A stretch of DNA of 64,000 nt, from positions 142,677,772 through 142,741,771 of the forward strand of contig NC_052153.1 in NCBI RefSeq assembly GCF_902713615.1, in the 5' to 3' direction. The position numbers and the translations under genes were made by a program. Every line of letters starts with the position of its first letter. The stretch's first letter is position 1. This stretch comes from Scyliorhinus canicula (taxonomy: Eukaryota). The notes under the pieces are model-generated. The model worked only from the letters and a program-made list of their open reading frames with translations. It searched no databases and was not told the DNA's origin. Of the stretch, positions 10,583 through 22,328 are shown piece by piece.

Positions 10583-13358
10583 AAAATGTGTTATCATTCT
10601 TCCCCACATTATGTCTCAAGTACTGTTAACTACCAACAATAGCAGATGTGTGTTGAGGTTTAACAGAAAGATATTTTTTGTAAGGAGCATGAAGAGTACA
10701 CACTGGGTAGGTCGAAACAAAAACTTACTTTATTTTACAATTACTATTATGTACAACTCCAGTAGTTCCCTACTGGGTCTTCTCCAGTCAGTATCTTGCT
10801 GCCCTACTCTATTTATACAGCCAGACAATGTTAACGGTCCCCCGCCCCCTGATCGGGGGACCTCGTATTCTGCAGGATCTAAGGATTAGTTAACCATCCC
10901 TACCCCGCAAGACCCTTGGGCATCATAACATCACTCCTCCCTAATGTCCGAAGAATCCTCCAGCGCCTGCGGGCAGACATTCAGTTGGGCATTGTGCATC
11001 TGAGGTGCCAGGGCAGATGGCATGAACCTGAAAGAAAAATGACTCTTCCGCTTGGAATGAGATGGTGGCTGATCTACTGGTGGCAGCTGTACTGTGTGCT
11101 TCGCATCGTAGACTTCCAATGCTTGAGTTTCCATCTCCAAATCCATACCCATGATCATACACATCTCGGCGGCCTGACCACCTTGTGGTCCCATCATGGA
11201 TAACTGTAGCATCAGAGGTGGCTCGATGTGAATTTTGCACTCACGAAGACATTTCCAAAGAAGCTGTCATCTGGGCTGAAGGTAGTCAAGGTGCTTTTGC
11301 ACAATATGACACTGGGCTTGCACCTGGTAAGAAACTGGTCCTGTCTGGTTAAGGATAACGGTGGAGACCCACTGGGCACCATCAGCGAAGTTCCAAACAA
11401 ACACCGAGTCACGAGGTACAGAGGGGCTGGAAAGCCGACAGTGAGTGGGACAATGTTGTTGCTGCTCCTGGTTATGGTGCATTTTTGCACTTTTGTTTGG
11501 AAAAATCACGCAAAGGCAGCTACAAATTCTTTGACCCATTAACAGTTCTACGGGCGCTAACCCAGCCACTGCGCGCAAAGTGGTCCTGCAGCAAAACAAG
11601 AAACGAGCCAGCCTAATGTCCATTCATCCTGAAGACTGTTTCTTGAGGCCCCGCTTAAATGTTTGTATCGCACATTCAAAGCCATTCGAAGCTGGGTGGT
11701 ATGGGGCACTACGAAAATCCTGCATCCCATTTGCCGTCAAAAACCCAGAGGTCTCCTCACTTGTGAAAGAAGTGCCGTTATCAGTGACAAGTCCTTCAGG
11801 GAGACTGTGCGTGCAAAACGATAAACACAAATTCTCAATAGTCACCTGGGAGATATTTCCTGCCATCTTGAGAATATTGAGCCACTTTGAATGAGCGTAA
11901 ATCAACAAGAGGAACATGGGCCCTTGAAATGGACCGGCATATACCCTGCCCATGACCAGCCTGGCCATTCCTAATAATGCAGGGACGCGGCCGGTGGGAT
12001 CTTCTGAAGCGACTGGCAAATGGAGCATTGATGAGCCATCTTCTCAATATCCATGTTGAGGCCTGGCCACCATGTGTAACTGCATGCCAGCATTTTCATC
12101 TGGGACACATCTGGATGACCGTTGTGGATATCTTTCAAGATCAACTCCTGCACTTTTTATGGGATGACTACGCATGCACCCCACAACAGGATACCATCCT
12201 CCACACTGAATCAGACAGTTTGGAGGAAAATGTCCTTAACTTGCCTGGCAGCTGTCGATGTTGTCCACCATATAAGACCATGTGCCAAACTTTTGGTAAG
12301 TTTGACTCTGTCTGGGTCCATTCACAGATTTGCGTTGCTATGACAGGTAAAGTGTCCATGAAATTCAGACCGTCCTGGGGGGTTAATAAGGAGCCAGTCG
12401 ATAAAGATAACCAGCTCAGTGCATCGACATTCACAATTTGAATCTCTGGCCTGTGTTCAAAAAAATGCTCGTAGGCAGCCCGTACCAAAGTCCAGCTCTG
12501 GATTTGTGTGGAAGCAATGGGTGGAATTGCCTTCTCACCCTTGAAAAGCCCGAGCAAAGGCTTATCTTCTGTAATTATAGTGAAGGGACAACCATAGATG
12601 TATTGGTGAAAATGTTTCAGTGCAAAGACCATTGCCAGACGTTCTCTCTCGATCCTTATGTACTTCCTTTCCGCTGCAGCAAACGTGCGAGAGGTGAAGG
12701 CTATCAGCCGTTCCCTTCCATTTTTCACCCGGTGGGACAGGACGGCCCTGCTACCAGAGGGGGAAGCATTATATGTGATGATCAAGGGCTTAGTGGGAAT
12801 GTAATGGGTCAGTAACACGGAAGATGACAACTGTTTCTTCAACAGCAGAAAAACTGTTTCCTGTGGTTGGCCCCAGGCCCATACAAAATCTTTCTTCAGA
12901 TGAAGGTGTAAGGGAGCTAATGTAGTCTCAAGGTTTGAGAGAAACTTCCAGTAATAGTTAACGGGATGAAGGAAAGAGCGCAGTTCCAAGTCGTTCGTCA
13001 GGGTGGGGCCTGCTGGATGGCGTGCACTTTCTCTGCGACGGGGTGCAAACCTTCTGCGATGGGGTGCAAGACCACTTCTCTCGCATGAAATACGCATTTC
13101 GCTCTTTGGAAGTGAACCGCCCGCCTCAGAGAACCATTTTAACACAGCCTCCAAATGCTCTTGCTCAGAGGCTCCCATGACCAGCACATCATCTAAATAA
13201 ACAGCCACATATGGCAGACCTTGCAGGATGTTCTCCATTATGTACTGAAAAATAGCACAGGCGAAACACATTCCAAAAGGCAGCTGCATATATTCGTATA
13301 GGCTCCTGTGCCTATTGATGTTGACCTACTTGAGGGAAGCAGAATCCAACTTGAGTTG

Positions 13359-13777
13359 TGTCATGATATCCAGACATGCAGATAATGACATACAGACAGG
13401 CACAGACAGGCAGCTAATGAACACAGAGAACAGGATATGACCAATGAGCAGGCAGGACACTCAGGGGTGGTATCTCACTATAAAAGGCACTTGGCATGAG
13501 GCACTCACACTCCGCCTCTTTCCACTGATGAACATCTACAGAGTGAGTCAGGGTGTATGTACAGTATCACACCTCCAGCACGTGGCTAAGAGCTAGTCTG
13601 GTTCAGTCAGACAGGGTAACCACACTTAGATTAGCAGAGAGTCGAACTCATAGAGAACTATGCTAACTGCTACTGGTTCAATAAATCAGGTTGAACTAAC
13701 GTCAAGGTCTGGTGTATCTTTTGGTTAAAGCTGCATCCAGTTGCAGCCTGTGTTATCCCAGAGTACATAACATGACA
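13359..13777 (+). mobile_element. Solo LTR inserted in Gypsy RT
   Basis: TGTCATG...CATGACA termini; 5-bp TSD AGTTG; TATAAAA and AATAAA present. Confidence 0.9.
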
Positions 13778-15324
13778 AGTTGCAGGTAGGTGTGGCTTGT
13801 ACCGAGTTTCGTGCATGAATGTTTGCCCACAAGCTTCAAGTAGAGATTCTCTATGTGGGGCATCGGGCAGCGTTCCATCTCGGAAGCCGGGTTTACCTCA
13901 ATTTGTAATCCCCACATAAACAAACCATTTTGTCAGGCTTTATTACCAGTGCCACCGGAGCTGCCCAATCAGCGAACCAGACAGACCTGATGATACCCAA
14001 GGACTCCAACCAACAGCTCTGAGTCCACCTTTTCCAGCAAGGCAGGGAACGGGGTGCGCCTGGAAATATTGTGGCAGGGCTTCTGGGTTGACCTGTATGC
14101 ATGCTGTGGCCCCATTTATCTTCCCAACCTGGGTTGGAACACTTCGAGGTATTTGTCTAACGCCTTGCCAAAACCACCGGAACCAATCTGGAGGATGTGC
14201 TATCAGTGCAGCTGCAGATGATGCAACCCGTCAAGGCCCAACAGGCTGGGCCCATAGTGCTTTACCACAATGAAAGGCAGACATACCGACTAGCACCCAT
14301 AAACCACTGAGGTGATAGTAGTACCTGCAGTATCTAACATTTCTCCCGTGTAGGTAGCCAATCTGGCCTGGCCCTCTGTCAAATCCAAGGTTTGAATCCC
14401 AAGTTTAATGAGGTCAAGCATTCTGTGTTGGTCCAAGACAGTGTCCGATTCCATATCGAGCAGGTATCCATTCACCTCCACTACAACTTTAATGGGGGGC
14501 CACTCGGGGGGTCTGCCACGCAATTCAACTGCATGCAGCCGTCCTCCTCGTCTGGCTCATCTAGATGGCAAGTCCAGGCCCTAGGCTGGCATCTGCCTCT
14601 ACCGGGGCATCTGGACCGCTGGTTCACTCACGGCCTGTATTCATGCCAGGGTCAGCAACCACAACCCCCACATCAACCTGGTTCGCCATCTACGGACTCC
14701 AGGGAAGGCTCTCCCTTCGACCATCAGGCCAGGACTTTACAGCATTTGGTCCAGGGCAAGGTGGTGGTTTGGGAAGGAGCCCTTTGGTGGACCTTGATTC
14801 ACCTCAATCCTCTGTATCTCCTGCACCCCTCGCTCTGCACTTTTTCTGAATAGCATAATTTGGATGGAATGCTGCAACAACACGGAAGGCTCAGCTAAAC
14901 AGTTTCTTCTGGGCAGCTGCATTATTAATGCCTCAAACCAGACGGTCACGTAGTATTTCTGATAGAGTGGACCATAGTGACAGAATTCTGCTATTTTACG
15001 TAATCTCATCAATAACGTGGTGACGGACTCACCTGGGGTCCTTTCAGCGGTATTAAACTGATACCATTGTACTATAACGGATAAGGTCAGGTTAAAATGT
15101 TGTGCCATGAAAGCCATAAGTTCCTCGAAAGGTTTAGTGTCTGGGTCCGCTGGGTATTTAAGGCCACATATCAGTCCAAACATATGGACAGACAGAAAGA
15201 TGACTACCTGTCGGTTATTCTCTGCGATACTGTTGGCCCAGTAAAAGTAATGCATCCTCTGAGCATGATTCCAATCTGCCAGTCTGGCATCAAACACTTC
15301 TAAACGTCTGAAAAGAGACATTAT

Positions 15325-16552
15325 GGGCGTGATCGAAAGGCCACACTGCTCCCGAAAAGCAGCTTGCCGTGACACGATGTGACCGATAAATGCCGGGAGA
15401 CCCTGCTCCCCGGATCTAACCAACTCGCAATGCCTCGCGGGATCCAACGGGGGACGTTGCCCTGTAAATCCTGCCCATAGTGGGTGGGATCGCTTTTTGG
15501 CAAATCTGCATATTTGAGCGAGACAGTAAGTCTCACTGTAATGTGTAGATTCCCAAGGTACCTGAGCCTTTGGGATTCATGCATTTGTCTTGGAGACTTT
15601 GGGTGAGTGCTGTTTAAGACTGGTCCTCCCAAATGGGGACCAGATGGAATAGCACTCATGGAGGTCTCCTAGGGGATTGAAGGTCCCCAGTTGCATTCCT
15701 TTTGAGCAGGGTGGTGCACTGACACTGCTGGTACCACCTGAGCACCCTGACAGTGCTGACGTGGCATTGTGGCAGTGTCCTCCCATAGTGCATTTGGGTT
15801 TGCGGGCGAGGTTGGGGATTGCTTCGGAGGCCTAGGAGATCAGGACGCCATTTAAAAATGGCATGCTGATCTCTCGCTACACTGGGGAGTTCCGGCGAGC
15901 AGAGCTCCCCACTGTACGAAACAGAGCTATGTGTGGCCTTCCCCATTGAGGCTCCTTATACAACGCAAGTCGTATTGAATAGCATGTATCATGTATCAAA
16001 TACATGTATCAATATTGTAAGTGCAGTTGCACTACCTGACCACCAGGGGGAGGAGCTCTGGGAGTACTCGAGAGTTTGTACTGGCTCCTCCCTTGGCTCC
16101 GCCCAGAACTCCTCCCACTGGAGCTGCTGTATAAAGATCCGTGCCACAGAGTCAGCCAGCCAGTTCACCGAAAGTTCAACGGCTAACAGGCTGGCTCTGT
16201 TGTAAGTATATTAAAACCGCTATTCTAATCCTACAAGCACGTGTCCGTAGAATTGTTGGTTCCAACAATTTAATATACTTACGAAACAGTCGAAGTAAAT
16301 CATGGAAGCAGCCCTCAGGCCCGGACGCCTAGAACTCGACCCGCAGGATGCAGAGGCTAAGGAAATTTTTTCCCACTGGCTGAGATGTTTTAAAGCCTAC
16401 CTGGCAGAAGCCAGCACCGCCGGAACAACGGAGGAACAAAAATTCAGCCTACTGCACGCGAGGGTAAGCCACAGAATCTCCACACAGCTAAATCCGGCCG
16501 GGGCAAGCACCAGGAACATGCTCGCTATGGGACTTTGTTCCCATTTTGTTGA
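15325..16552. mobile_element. Harbinger-type non-autonomous element upstream of gag, interrupted by Gypsy copy A
   Basis: Reverse-complement match to 1589-2375; TAT on both flanks; right TIR partly deleted. Confidence 0.65.
16016..16500 (+). mobile_element. Gypsy copy A (self-complementary-PBS lineage): 5' LTR 16016-16267 plus gag start
   Basis: TGT...ACA LTR with TATAAA and ATTAAA; gag MEAALRPGRLELDP...HWLRCFKAYL homologous to copies B and C. Confidence 0.85.
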
Positions 16553-16889
16553 TATGGAGGTGGCTCAGCAGAGTCAATAGTCATCCAGTTTTTACCCTCG
16601 TTGTCAGTTTTGTTAGGGCCATGAGGAGTCCACACTGAGTAGGTTGAAACAATAACTTACTTCATTTTACAATTACTATTATGGAAAGCTCCAGTAGTTC
16701 CCTGCTGTGCCTTCTCCAGTGAGGTGCCTTACTGCCCAACTCTATTTATATATCCAGAGATTTTTAACGGTCCCCCATCCCTTTACCATGGGAGCTCATA
16801 TTCCGCAGGATCTACAGGTTGGTTACTCATACCTACCCTGTAACATCCATATGGGCTATAACAGTATTGTGTCACCTCCTTCAATGAAA

Positions 16890-17070
16890 ATAAGTTACTA
16901 AAATTTGTACAGTACCTTAGCAATCTCAGGACATCGCAAAACACTTCCCAGCGAAAGGATTTTTGAAAAGTATTCACTGCAGAATTGTAGTGAATTGTAG
17001 GAAACACAGCCGACAATTTATGCACAGCAAGCTCCCAAAAAGAGCAGCGAGGTAAATAATGAGAAAATCT

Positions 17071-17106
<36 letters not shown>

Positions 17107-17200
17107 TGGTGGAGTGATGGGGTGGAATTCCGGTGATGTTGGTTAAGGAATGAATATTGGGCAGGACATCCATCAGCAAAGACATTGAGACCTTAGTTTA
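16890..17200 (-). mobile_element. Deu-domain SINE remnant (AmnSINE1/SacSINE1-like)
   Basis: tcaggacatcgcaaaac...gtaggaaacacagccgacaatttatgcacagcaagctcc...tgatgttggttaagg...atattgggcaggaca resembles the Deu core in reverse (recognised by eye). Confidence 0.65.
17071..17104. repeat. G34 homopolymer
   Basis: Direct count. Confidence 0.95.
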
Positions 17201-17333
17201 GGATGACCTCTGAACAATATGTAATGTCTGTACAACATGTCTATACATTAAAATGTTATAAAATGAACCCCTTGCCGGTTTGCACCGGGACATGTGCCAG
17301 TAGGTGGTCCACAGATTCATCCAAAGAAGTCAA

Positions 17334-17715
17334 AGATACATTATTCAGCATATCCAGACAGGTTACCCTGACCTATATAAAGATACATTATTCAGCATGT
17401 CCAGACAGGCGACCCTGACCTGTACAAGAAATCTAGATATGACCTCCGCAAAGCCATCAAGGAGGCCAAGAGACATAGAACATAGAACACACAGTGCAGA
17501 AGGAGGCCATTCAGCCTATCGAGTCTGCACCAACCCACTTAAGCCCTCACTTCCACCCTAGCCCCGCAGACAATACCAGAGTAAGCTAGAGACTGACGAC
17601 ATGGACTCTCGTCGGTTGTGGCAAGGCTTAAACAACATGACGGGCTACAATGCAAAGTCGAGTAGAATCTCCAGCAACAGCACACCCCTTCCCGATGAAC
17701 TCAATGCATTCTATT
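17334..17715 (+). mobile_element. Rex1/Babar-like LINE fragment with a 47-bp tandem duplication and a SINE/CR1 tail insert (17476-17567, TSD AGACA)
   Basis: GDPDLYKKSRYDLRKAIKEAKRQYQSKLE...DSRRLWQGLNNMTGY...LPDELNAFY. Confidence 0.75.
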
Positions 17716-17745
17716 GTATTATTATTACGTGTTACGCAATGGATG

Positions 17746-17895
17746 ACATGGTAGCACAGTGGTTAGCGCTGTTGCTTCACAGCGGTAGAGACCCGGGTTC
17801 GATTCGCAGCTTGGGTCACTGTCTGTCTGGAGTCTGCACGTTCTCCCTGTGTCTGCGTGGATTTCCTCCGGGTGCTCCGGTTTCCTCCCACAAGA
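17746..17895 (+). mobile_element. V-SINE 5' part
   Basis: tRNA head and V-core, no tail. Confidence 0.8.
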
Positions 17896-18565
17896 TCTGA
17901 AAGTTTCCCTCAGTATCTGTGTCATGTATCACTGGTCCACTGGTGATGCTCTGAAAGAGAGCACAGGTGCAGCAAAACGTTCTTTACAACCAAATGAATT
18001 ATAAAATATACTATTGTTATGGAAACAGTGCTTTATTTGGCTGGCTAATCAGAGCCAACATTATAGTACAATCCCCAGGTGTCAAAACAATTTCTCTGTT
18101 TCATGCTCTAATAGTCCTGGAAGTACTACTCAGTTGCAGCTTTATAACCAGGACTGCGAATACATGGCAGTAAAAGGATGAAATGTGAATGAGGAGTTAG
18201 GAGTAATGCGGTGTGGAATAGTTGATACAACTGGCGCTCTTGGAGGTGTCTACCAATAAATTCCAGAGCTGCACTGTTTCGTAAAAAGGTACCCAACCCA
18301 CCTTTTCTTATACTTTCATGTTTAGTTCTTTTAACATTGGTGGGATTCTCCGTTTGCTAACGCCGAAATCAAGAAACGGGCCGAGAATAGGTTCCGACGC
18401 CAAAATAGCGGTGACCGCCGATTTGATGCCAAATCGTGATTCTCTGTCACCTCGACAGTGGCGTCAATGCGTACTGCAACCCACGTGCAGTAAACACCTT
18501 TTACATATCATCAGCGGGCCCGCCCCAGTATTTGTCAGTGCCTCCGTGATTCTCCTCCTCCAATG

Positions 18566-19475
18566 GGGCAGCACAGTAGCACAGTGGTTAGCATTGTCGC
18601 TTCACAGCACCAGGGTCCCAGGTTTGATTTCCGCTTGGGTCACGTTCTCCCCGTGTCTGTATGTGTTTCCACTGGGTGCTCCAGTTTCCTCCCACAAGTC
18701 CCAGAAGACATTGGGGATGATTTTCCGACCCAGCGCCGGGTCGGAGAATCACCGAGTGGCGCGAGAATCCCGTCACGCCGCTCCGACACCGGGACGTGAT
18801 TCTCCACCGACCGGAGAATCCCCCGCCAGCCGTGCGACGCGGTCCACGCGGCGTAGGTCGGGCGCTGCTGAGAAAGCCCTAGCGACGATTCTCCGGCGCT
18901 CAATGGGCTGAACTCCGATGAGTCCCAGCGGCGTGGTTCTAAACTGATATCACCTGGCGGGAGCTCGAACTCGGGGCCATGGCAGCAGTCCTGGGGGGGG
19001 GGAACCGGATTCTGGGGGGCCCTCAGCGATGGGCAGGCCCGCGATCAGGGGCCACTGATCGGCAGGCCATCGTGATTGGAGGAGGACCAACCTTTCTCCG
19101 TGCAGCCCACCGTCTCCATTCGCCATGTCAACGTCGCCCACGCCCAAGTGGAAAGCGGCACGCATGTGCAGACCCGCTTGCCGAAGCCGCGCACATGCGC
19201 AGCCTGGGCAGCAGGCTCCGCCAACAGCCAGAGCTGCGGGACGCACGCTGGGTCTGTCCTAGCCCCATGGAGAATGGAGAATCTTCCAGGAAAAATCCGG
19301 AGAGATTCTAGCCCATTTTCAGGCGGGCATGGGGACTTAGTCCCGAAAAGGCAGAATTGCGCCCGTGATGTTAGGCAATTTGAACAGGCACCGGAATATG
19401 GCACCTAGGGGCTTTTCACAATTACTTCATTGCAGTGTTAATGTAAGCCTACTTGTGACAATAAAGATTATTATT
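18566..19475 (+). mobile_element. V-SINE with tail B, interrupted by a Harbinger MITE (18714-19364)
   Basis: Head and V-core 18566-18710; tail 19365-19475; MITE TIRs gggatgattttcc / gcagaattgcgccc. Confidence 0.8.
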
Positions 19476-19590
19476 ATGTATTTACATTGTGTATTTATCG
19501 TATGTCCTGTTTCCCACGTATAGAACGATCTGCCTGCACTGTACACAAAACAGTACTTTCCACTGTACCTCAGTACGTGGCAATGAATTT
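19476..19590 (+). mobile_element. Rex1-like LINE 3' tail fragment
   Basis: ctgcactgtacacaaaacagtactttccactgtacctcagtacgtggcaatgaa. Confidence 0.4.
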
Positions 19591-20159
19591 ATATCAAGAA
19601 CTTTACTGCTTTATGACACAACCAGCAGCAGTAACAGGAGATGCTCCAAACCTCTACAAATGATAGGATTTTCAAAATCAAGAGGGCCAAAGATTGTCCG
19701 CGAGGTATCATTCAGGCCATTAGGCACGGTGCTGTGTCATATACAACCCTGTTATATTCTCTTTATCTTAATGTGTAAATAGATAGTTAGGATCATGCCC
19801 CTTTCTTTACTTCCCAAGCCTGCCTCAGAACTCCAGGCATACTCCTTGATGAAGGCCATGGAGACTGTCAAAATATTTGAGTGACATCAAAGCTCAAATG
19901 TCAGCTAGGGCCTTGGAAACATTTTTGCGGAAGATTAGAGTTTCTACCACACTGACAATCCACCCCAAATTTGCATAAATGGAAACTGCGGATTGTTCTA
20001 AGGATGGTCCCTAGCACTGTAATATATAGTTCAGAGCAGCGATATATGGCATAATGTTATCTAACAATATACAGTAGAGTAATATATGGGTCAATAATGT
20101 ATTATACAGTAATATACAATGTAATAACATGGAGTGCAGTAATAGACTAATTGTGGATG

Positions 20160-20428
20160 CTCAACAGCACCAGGGTCCCAGGTTTGATTCCTGCTTAGGT
20201 CACTGTCGGTGCGGAGTCTGCACATTCTCCCTGTGTGGGTTTCCTCTGGGTGCTACGGTTTCCTCCTACAAGTCCCAAAAGTGTGCTGTTAGGTCATTTG
20301 GACATTCTGAATTCTCCCTCAGCGTACTCGAACTGGCGCTAGAATGTGGTGACTAGGGGCTTTTCACAGTAACTTCATTGCAATGTTAATGTCAGCCTAC
20401 TTGTGTCAATAAAGATAATTATGTTATT
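20160..20428 (+). mobile_element. V-SINE with tail B
   Basis: Same structure as 10303-10582. Confidence 0.8.
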
Positions 20429-21408
20429 ATGGGGCGAGTTCCCGACGGCATGCTTCACTTGTGCTTTTATAAATCATGAAACTGGTGTTGTGGTTGCTGA
20501 GGGAGTGAGAGGGGGTTTGGAAAGTATCCAACATCGCCATAGTTTGCTGATAGATGTGCCGCTGTGCAGTGGCCTTCTGCCAAGGCCGGTAGGGGAGTAG
20601 TGGTGGGTGGCCAGGAGTGGGCGGTGGGGTCGGGGTGGATGGGCACATCACTGACAGCCCACTGTGAACTTCGGGCCATGGGTCAGATAGGTCCCCCCCT
20701 CAGGGAACCCCCCTAGGTGCAGTCTAGCCGACCCATCAGCTGTATGGGTGCGCTCCAGCACAATCAGTGCCATCTTGTTGGCTGGGATGAGTGTGTGTGG
20801 GGATTGTAATGTGCATATCCGGTGCAGCTTGTCAGCCTCCTGGCTGTCAATAGCGGACCCGGCAAATCCCGCACTATTTTCCATTGGAATTGATTGTATT
20901 CCACGTGGTACTATGGGCTAGCCTCTTAACAGCAGTGTAATCGGTCCAGATGTGGCACTAATTTTGGTGTCGTGAAAGTCCACGAATTCTGCATTGGCAT
21001 CAACACTTTGTCTCAGAAACAGAGAATCCTGCCACAGATATCAATACCTAACATTGTGCTGGAATGTAACCATGACAACCAGCACAATGCGTAAATTAAA
21101 TGCAGTGCATTTATTGCCTGTTAGTTAGGGTATGAATTTAAACATCTTGATTTGACATAGTGCTTCCCTATTTGTGTTTGTATTATTTTTAATGTGTTAC
21201 ACCGAGCCAACCTAATTTTCTAAATTATTAATTTTTGAAAGGAATAAGTATGTTCACTGCTTGTAGGATTTCACTGAAAACTTAATGAAATTTAAATAGT
21301 GCCAGATGTTTTTGCACTGTGCCACATCCAAAATATAGTGGCTGATGTCTGGTGCATCAATTGTAGCATGTTCTTATAATGATAGAAGTCCTTCAGCTTA
21401 GTGGCTGT

Positions 21409-21674
21409 CACTGGACAATCAATGGACATGAAACGTAGATGTAGTCTGAAACAAAAGGCTTTAATCAGCAAGAAGTGTGCCCAGCAGCAGGAGTACAGAA
21501 ATGACTTGGGTTGGTGAACACGTTCTTATACCCCGCCTCGTAGGCGGAGCTACCTTCCTCTCGACCAATGAGAATACAGAGGACATGATACCTGGGCCAA
21601 TGGGCAGCGAGCCCTCTGCACCAATGGCAGCTCACACTCCCAGGTACCGTAATACCCCTAGTCATACTACCACA
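21409..21674 (-). mobile_element. Solo LTR related to 48236-48530 and to the Gypsy C LTRs
   Basis: Shared blocks gttcttataccccg...gccaatgggcagcgag...ggtaccgtaa...ctagtcata..accaca; left end degraded. Confidence 0.7.
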
Positions 21675-21740
21675 CTGTGTAAGACACAATCACTCATAAG
21701 AAACTGAGTAACCACATAATAGAACATAGAACATAGAACT

Positions 21741-22091
21741 GGGCAGCAGGGTAGCATGGTGGTTAGCATAAATGCTTCACAGCTCCAGGGTCCCAGGTTC
21801 GATTCCCGGCTGGGTCACTGTCTGTGCGGAGTCTGCACGTCCTCCCCCTGTGTGCGTGGGTTTCCTCCGGGTGCTCCGGTTTCCTCCCACAGTCCAAAGA
21901 TGTGCGGGTTAGGTGGATTGGCCATGCTAAATTGCCCGTAGTGTCCTAATAAAAGTAAGGTTAAGGGGGGGGGTTGTTGGGTTATGGGCATAGGGTGGAT
22001 ACGTGGGTTTGAGTGGGGTGATCATGGCTCGGGACAACATTGAGGGCCGAAGGGCCTGTTCTGTGCTGTACTGTTCTATGTTCTATGTTCT
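21741..22091 (+). mobile_element. HE1-type V-SINE, full length
   Basis: As 9221; lies within (TAGAACA)n repeats. Confidence 0.92.
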
Positions 22092-22328
22092 AGAACATAG
22101 AACAGTACAGCACAGAACAGGCCCTTCGGCCCTCAATGCTGCGCCGAGCCATGATCACCCCACTCAAACCCACGTATCCACCCCATACCCGCAACCCAAC
22201 AACCTCCCCCCCCTTAACCTTACTTTTATTAGGACACTACGGGCAATTTAGCATGGCCAATCCACCTAACCCGCACATCTTTGGACTGTGGGAGGAAACC
22301 GGAGCACCCGGAGGAAACCCACGCACAT
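22092..22328 (-). mobile_element. HE1-type V-SINE, 5'-truncated, tail-to-tail with the preceding copy
   Basis: Reverse complement of ~21853-22090. Confidence 0.92.

Larger units (their letters stand above)
10679..16863 (-). mobile_element. Degraded full-length Gypsy (Mag-like) LTR retrotransposon
   Basis: Homologous LTRs 10679-10930 and 16611-16863; polypurine tract (PPT) agggaggagtga at 10931-42; degenerate TGGCGACGAG-type primer-binding site (PBS) next to 16610; RT YLDD (ORF 12168-13289), RNase H, integrase (VTDNGT...PYHPASNG) and gag remnants. Confidence 0.9.
18338..21034. mobile_element. Harbinger MITE split by a ~1.9-kb block (18566-20428)
   Basis: TIRs tggtgggattctcc / agagaatcctgcca; near-TSD CAT/CAG. 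Confidence 0.55.

Noticed and set aside
10671-16868. TSD for the Mag-like Gypsy
   Set aside because: Flanks (atattttt / gtatt) do not give a clean duplication.
17334-17427. CRISPR-like repeats (also 38515-38715)
   Set aside because: Simple tandem duplications with no unique spacers, in eukaryotic TE context.
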